A DNA stretch of 64,000 nucleotides, from positions 320,001 to 384,000 of the forward strand of contig OY969585.1 of NCBI GenBank assembly GCA_963701295.1, in the 5' to 3' direction. Source of the DNA: Ignavibacteriota bacterium. GTDB taxonomy: Bacteria > Bacteroidota > Ignavibacteria > UBA10030. Under the pieces are notes generated by a model. It searched no databases and had not been told where the DNA came from. It saw only the letters and a program-made list of their open reading frames with translations. A program made the translations under genes and the position numbers. This document shows, in pieces, positions 61,588 to 64,000 of this stretch. Position 1 is the first letter of the stretch. Each line of letters opens with the position of its first letter.

Positions 61588-62958
61588 TTACTCTCCTTCT
61601 TTTTCCCCTTCCTTCATCAACCCATACTGTTTCATCTTGGTGTAGAGATGACTGCGTTGGATTTCCATTGCCTCGGCGGCTTTGGTAATGTTCCACTTGT
61701 GTATTTCCAATTGTTTTTTTATAAATGCCGCTTCTGCACGTTCTTTGAAATCTTGATACGTCCCGCTAATCTCAAGTGAACCTGTTACTTCTTTGCCGAT
61801 TGTTCCTCCAAATGCATCAAGTACGGAAATATCAATCGCTGTTCCTGGCGAAAGGATGACAAGTCGTTCGACAGCGTTACGAAGTTCACGTACATTGCCG
61901 GGCCATTCTTTTTGCAGAAGGACATGAAGTGCTTCGTCGGAAATCGATTTCCCGGCAATGCCATTTCTCGCGCAGACATCATCGATAAATGAATGCGCAA
62001 GAATTGAAATGTCATCACGATGTTCGCGTAATGCTGGAGCATGAATCGGAATAACATTCAATCGATGGAAAAGATCCTTCCGGAAATGTTCTTTAGCGAT
62101 TTCTTCATCTAATTTCTTGTTGGTCGCAGCCAGAACGCGAACATCGACAGCAATAAGTTTGTTGCTGCCGACGCGCTCTACTTTCCCTTCTTCCAAGACT
62201 CGCAGCACTTTTGCCTGTGCCTGTAAACTCATATCACCAATTTCATCCAGAAAGATTGTCCCACCATCCGCCTGTTCAAATTTTCCAATGCGCTGAACCG
62301 TTGCACCAGTGAAAGAACCTTTCTCGTGTCCAAATAACTCTGATTCGATTAACTCCGAAGGAATCGCTGCACAGTTCACTTCTACAAACAGTTTCGCCGC
62401 CCGTTTGCTTCCGCGGTGAATGGCACGAGCAATCAGCTCCTTCCCAGTTCCATTCTCGCCTGTTATGAGCACACGAGCATCGGTAGGTGCCACCCGATGA
62501 ATGACTGCAAGGATTTCTTTGATCTTCTCGCTTTCACCGAGGATGCACCGTTTTCCTTCCACATGCTCCTGCAGTTTTTCGTACTCTTCAGCAAGTTTTG
62601 CATGTTGCAATGCATTGCGGATGATCACAAGAAGTTTGTCTCGGTCAAGTGGCTTGGAGAGAAAATCAAATGCACCAAGTTTGGTTGCCTCCACTGCTGT
62701 TTCAATGGTGCCGTGACCGGAGATCATCACAACCGGCAGCTTTTCATTCTTCTGTCGGATCTTCGTCAGCACTTCGATACCATCCATACCGGACATTTTC
62801 ACATCCAACAAAATGACATCCACGGGGAAACGGTCAAGTTTTTGTATTCCTTGTTCACCATTTTCGGCAAATTCAACTTCATAATGTTCGTACTCGAGAA
62901 TCATTTTGAGTGAATCGCGCACAGATTTGTCGTCATCGATAATAAGAATAGTTTTCAT
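61588..62958 (-). CDS. Sigma54-type response regulator (NtrC/NtrX-like)
   Basis: REC domain; GENGTGKE, ESELFGHEKGSFTGA, LDEIGDM, WPGNVREL; Fis-type HTH. Confidence 0.95.
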   Translation of the reverse strand: MKTILIIDDDKSVRDSLKMILEYEHYEVEFAENGEQGIQKLDRFPVDVILLDVKMSGMDGIEVLTKIRQKNEKLPVVMISGHGTIETAVEATKLGAFDFLSKPLDRDKLLVIIRNALQHAKLAEEYEKLQEHVEGKRCILGESEKIKEILAVIHRVAPTDARVLITGENGTGKELIARAIHRGSKRAAKLFVEVNCAAIPSELIESELFGHEKGSFTGATVQRIGKFEQADGGTIFLDEIGDMSLQAQAKVLRVLEEGKVERVGSNKLIAVDVRVLAATNKKLDEEIAKEHFRKDLFHRLNVIPIHAPALREHRDDISILAHSFIDDVCARNGIAGKSISDEALHVLLQKEWPGNVRELRNAVERLVILSPGTAIDISVLDAFGGTIGKEVTGSLEISGTYQDFKERAEAAFIKKQLEIHKWNITKAAEAMEIQRSHLYTKMKQYGLMKEGEKEGE

Positions 62959-63006
62959 AGAAGCTTTCTGTTGTCAGGTATCAGCGTTCAATACTATGAG
63001 TGGTAT

Positions 63007-63770
63007 CTATTTACGGTCTTCATGTTGAAAAGTCAAGTAGTCGGAAGGCAGCAGGGTCTTCACGACCAATAGATCTCGACCGAAGCTTTCCCCTTGTTTG
63101 TTGGCATATTTATCGCGTGGATCATCGGTGCCGCCAACAATGAATATTGGTTCTCCCCATTCAATAAAGTCGCCTACTGTTCGCGCAAATTCCGGCGCTT
63201 CAGATGCATAAGAAAGATAAGCAGATCCGAAAAAATGCTGAAGTTTATCTCAATCCCCCCATGAGTAGTCGGTGAATCTGAGTAGATATGAGTTGGAAGA
63301 TGGTTCATACGAGCAAAAAAGACACTATCCTTTTCGAACGTAAGAGGCACTTTCAGCGGACTGACAATTGGCATTTTAAAATCAACCGTACGATGTTCCA
63401 ATACTGCCAAAAAGGAAAGAAAAAGCGCACGAGCAATGTTATAGTCTGCTATCTTGAGCGACTTCAGATATATGGCATCGATAGTACGCATATCACCGCA
63501 TCGATTCCGCAAAACCTGAAACCGCTCATCTAGTATATAGTGCCGAACATGTTTGGTGTCAATTATTATCTGCAGCGTAAAAATTTCTGAGAGAAATGTG
63601 CCAATGGAAAACCCTTCGCTTTTCCCTTCATCGAAATCCCACGAAAGTCCATCTGGATTTTTTCCATTATTGCATTGAGCACGCGCCTCGAACAAAAGTA
63701 TCACGAGGGGAAAAAGTGTAAGCATGAATACGAGCTTGAGAGGGGATATGCTGTGCTTCGAGTGAATCAT
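63007..63770 (-). pseudogene. Secreted DKxxHF-motif protein disrupted at a G6 run
   Basis: After the G6 run (63255-63260) a second frame reads D*DKLQHFFGSAY...DRK* to 63007. Confidence 0.65.
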
Positions 63771-63793
63771 TCTGCACTTTATAGAAATTTCTT

Positions 63794-64000
63794 TTACCTC
63801 TGGCGAGAAAGAGGGTTCATCTTCGCGTCGTCGGATTCATCCCTTTTGTCCAAATCTCGTAAATCATGTCTCTAGCTTCTTCATTCTTGGGATTACCATT
63901 GACTGCCTGCATTGCATAACCAAATGCGAGACCATATTGGTTCAGTCGGCTATGACAGCGGGCGAGCTGCATAAGCACAAGATCATCATGGATCGTTGGA
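63794..64000 (-). CDS. C-terminal part of a TPR-like protein (5' outside the window)
   Basis: Open frame ...LMQLARCHSRLNQYGLAFGYAMQAVNGNPKNEEA...QR*. Confidence 0.55.

Noticed and set aside
1-64000. CRISPR array, rRNA or tRNA genes
   Set aside because: No run of three or more regularly spaced repeats and no RNA-gene signatures seen by eye

Overview
Bacterial chromosomal window, mostly housekeeping and metabolic genes. The short region-1.1-less RpoD, Shine-Dalgarno use and TTGACA/TATAAT-type promoters suggest an Ignavibacteria/Chlorobi-related lineage (inference). Core content: a LiaF-LiaF-LytS-LytTR operon, two PPi-type phosphofructokinases, two deoC paralogues, a TatT-containing TRAP transporter, an OmpR/histidine kinase pair, a hrcA-grpE-dnaJ-comEA-pilM-like-rsmD-coaD run with a CIRCE element, carA, an ECF sigma module, class II RNR (nrdJ), fmt/def, rpoD, a ManC/PMM fusion, hisS, lgt and rlmB. 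There are two accessory zones: a decayed tyrosine-integrase island at about 13.66-16.4 kb and a variable cargo stretch at about 36.7-43.4 kb. No rRNA, tRNA or CRISPR array was found. No complete novel multi-gene system can be demonstrated from sequence alone. The best leads are: (i) a 42-bp element (39/42 identical) upstream of both pfk genes; (ii) an integrase with a long hairpin ending at its start codon and a duplicated 3' end bracketing a cargo gene; (iii) a four-cysteine small protein resembling DUF4295/bL38; (iv) a PelD-like membrane GAF-GAF-degenerate GGDEF protein with an intact RxxD site. Several pseudogenes missing from the ORF track were reconstructed by hand. All family calls come from motif recognition, not database searches.
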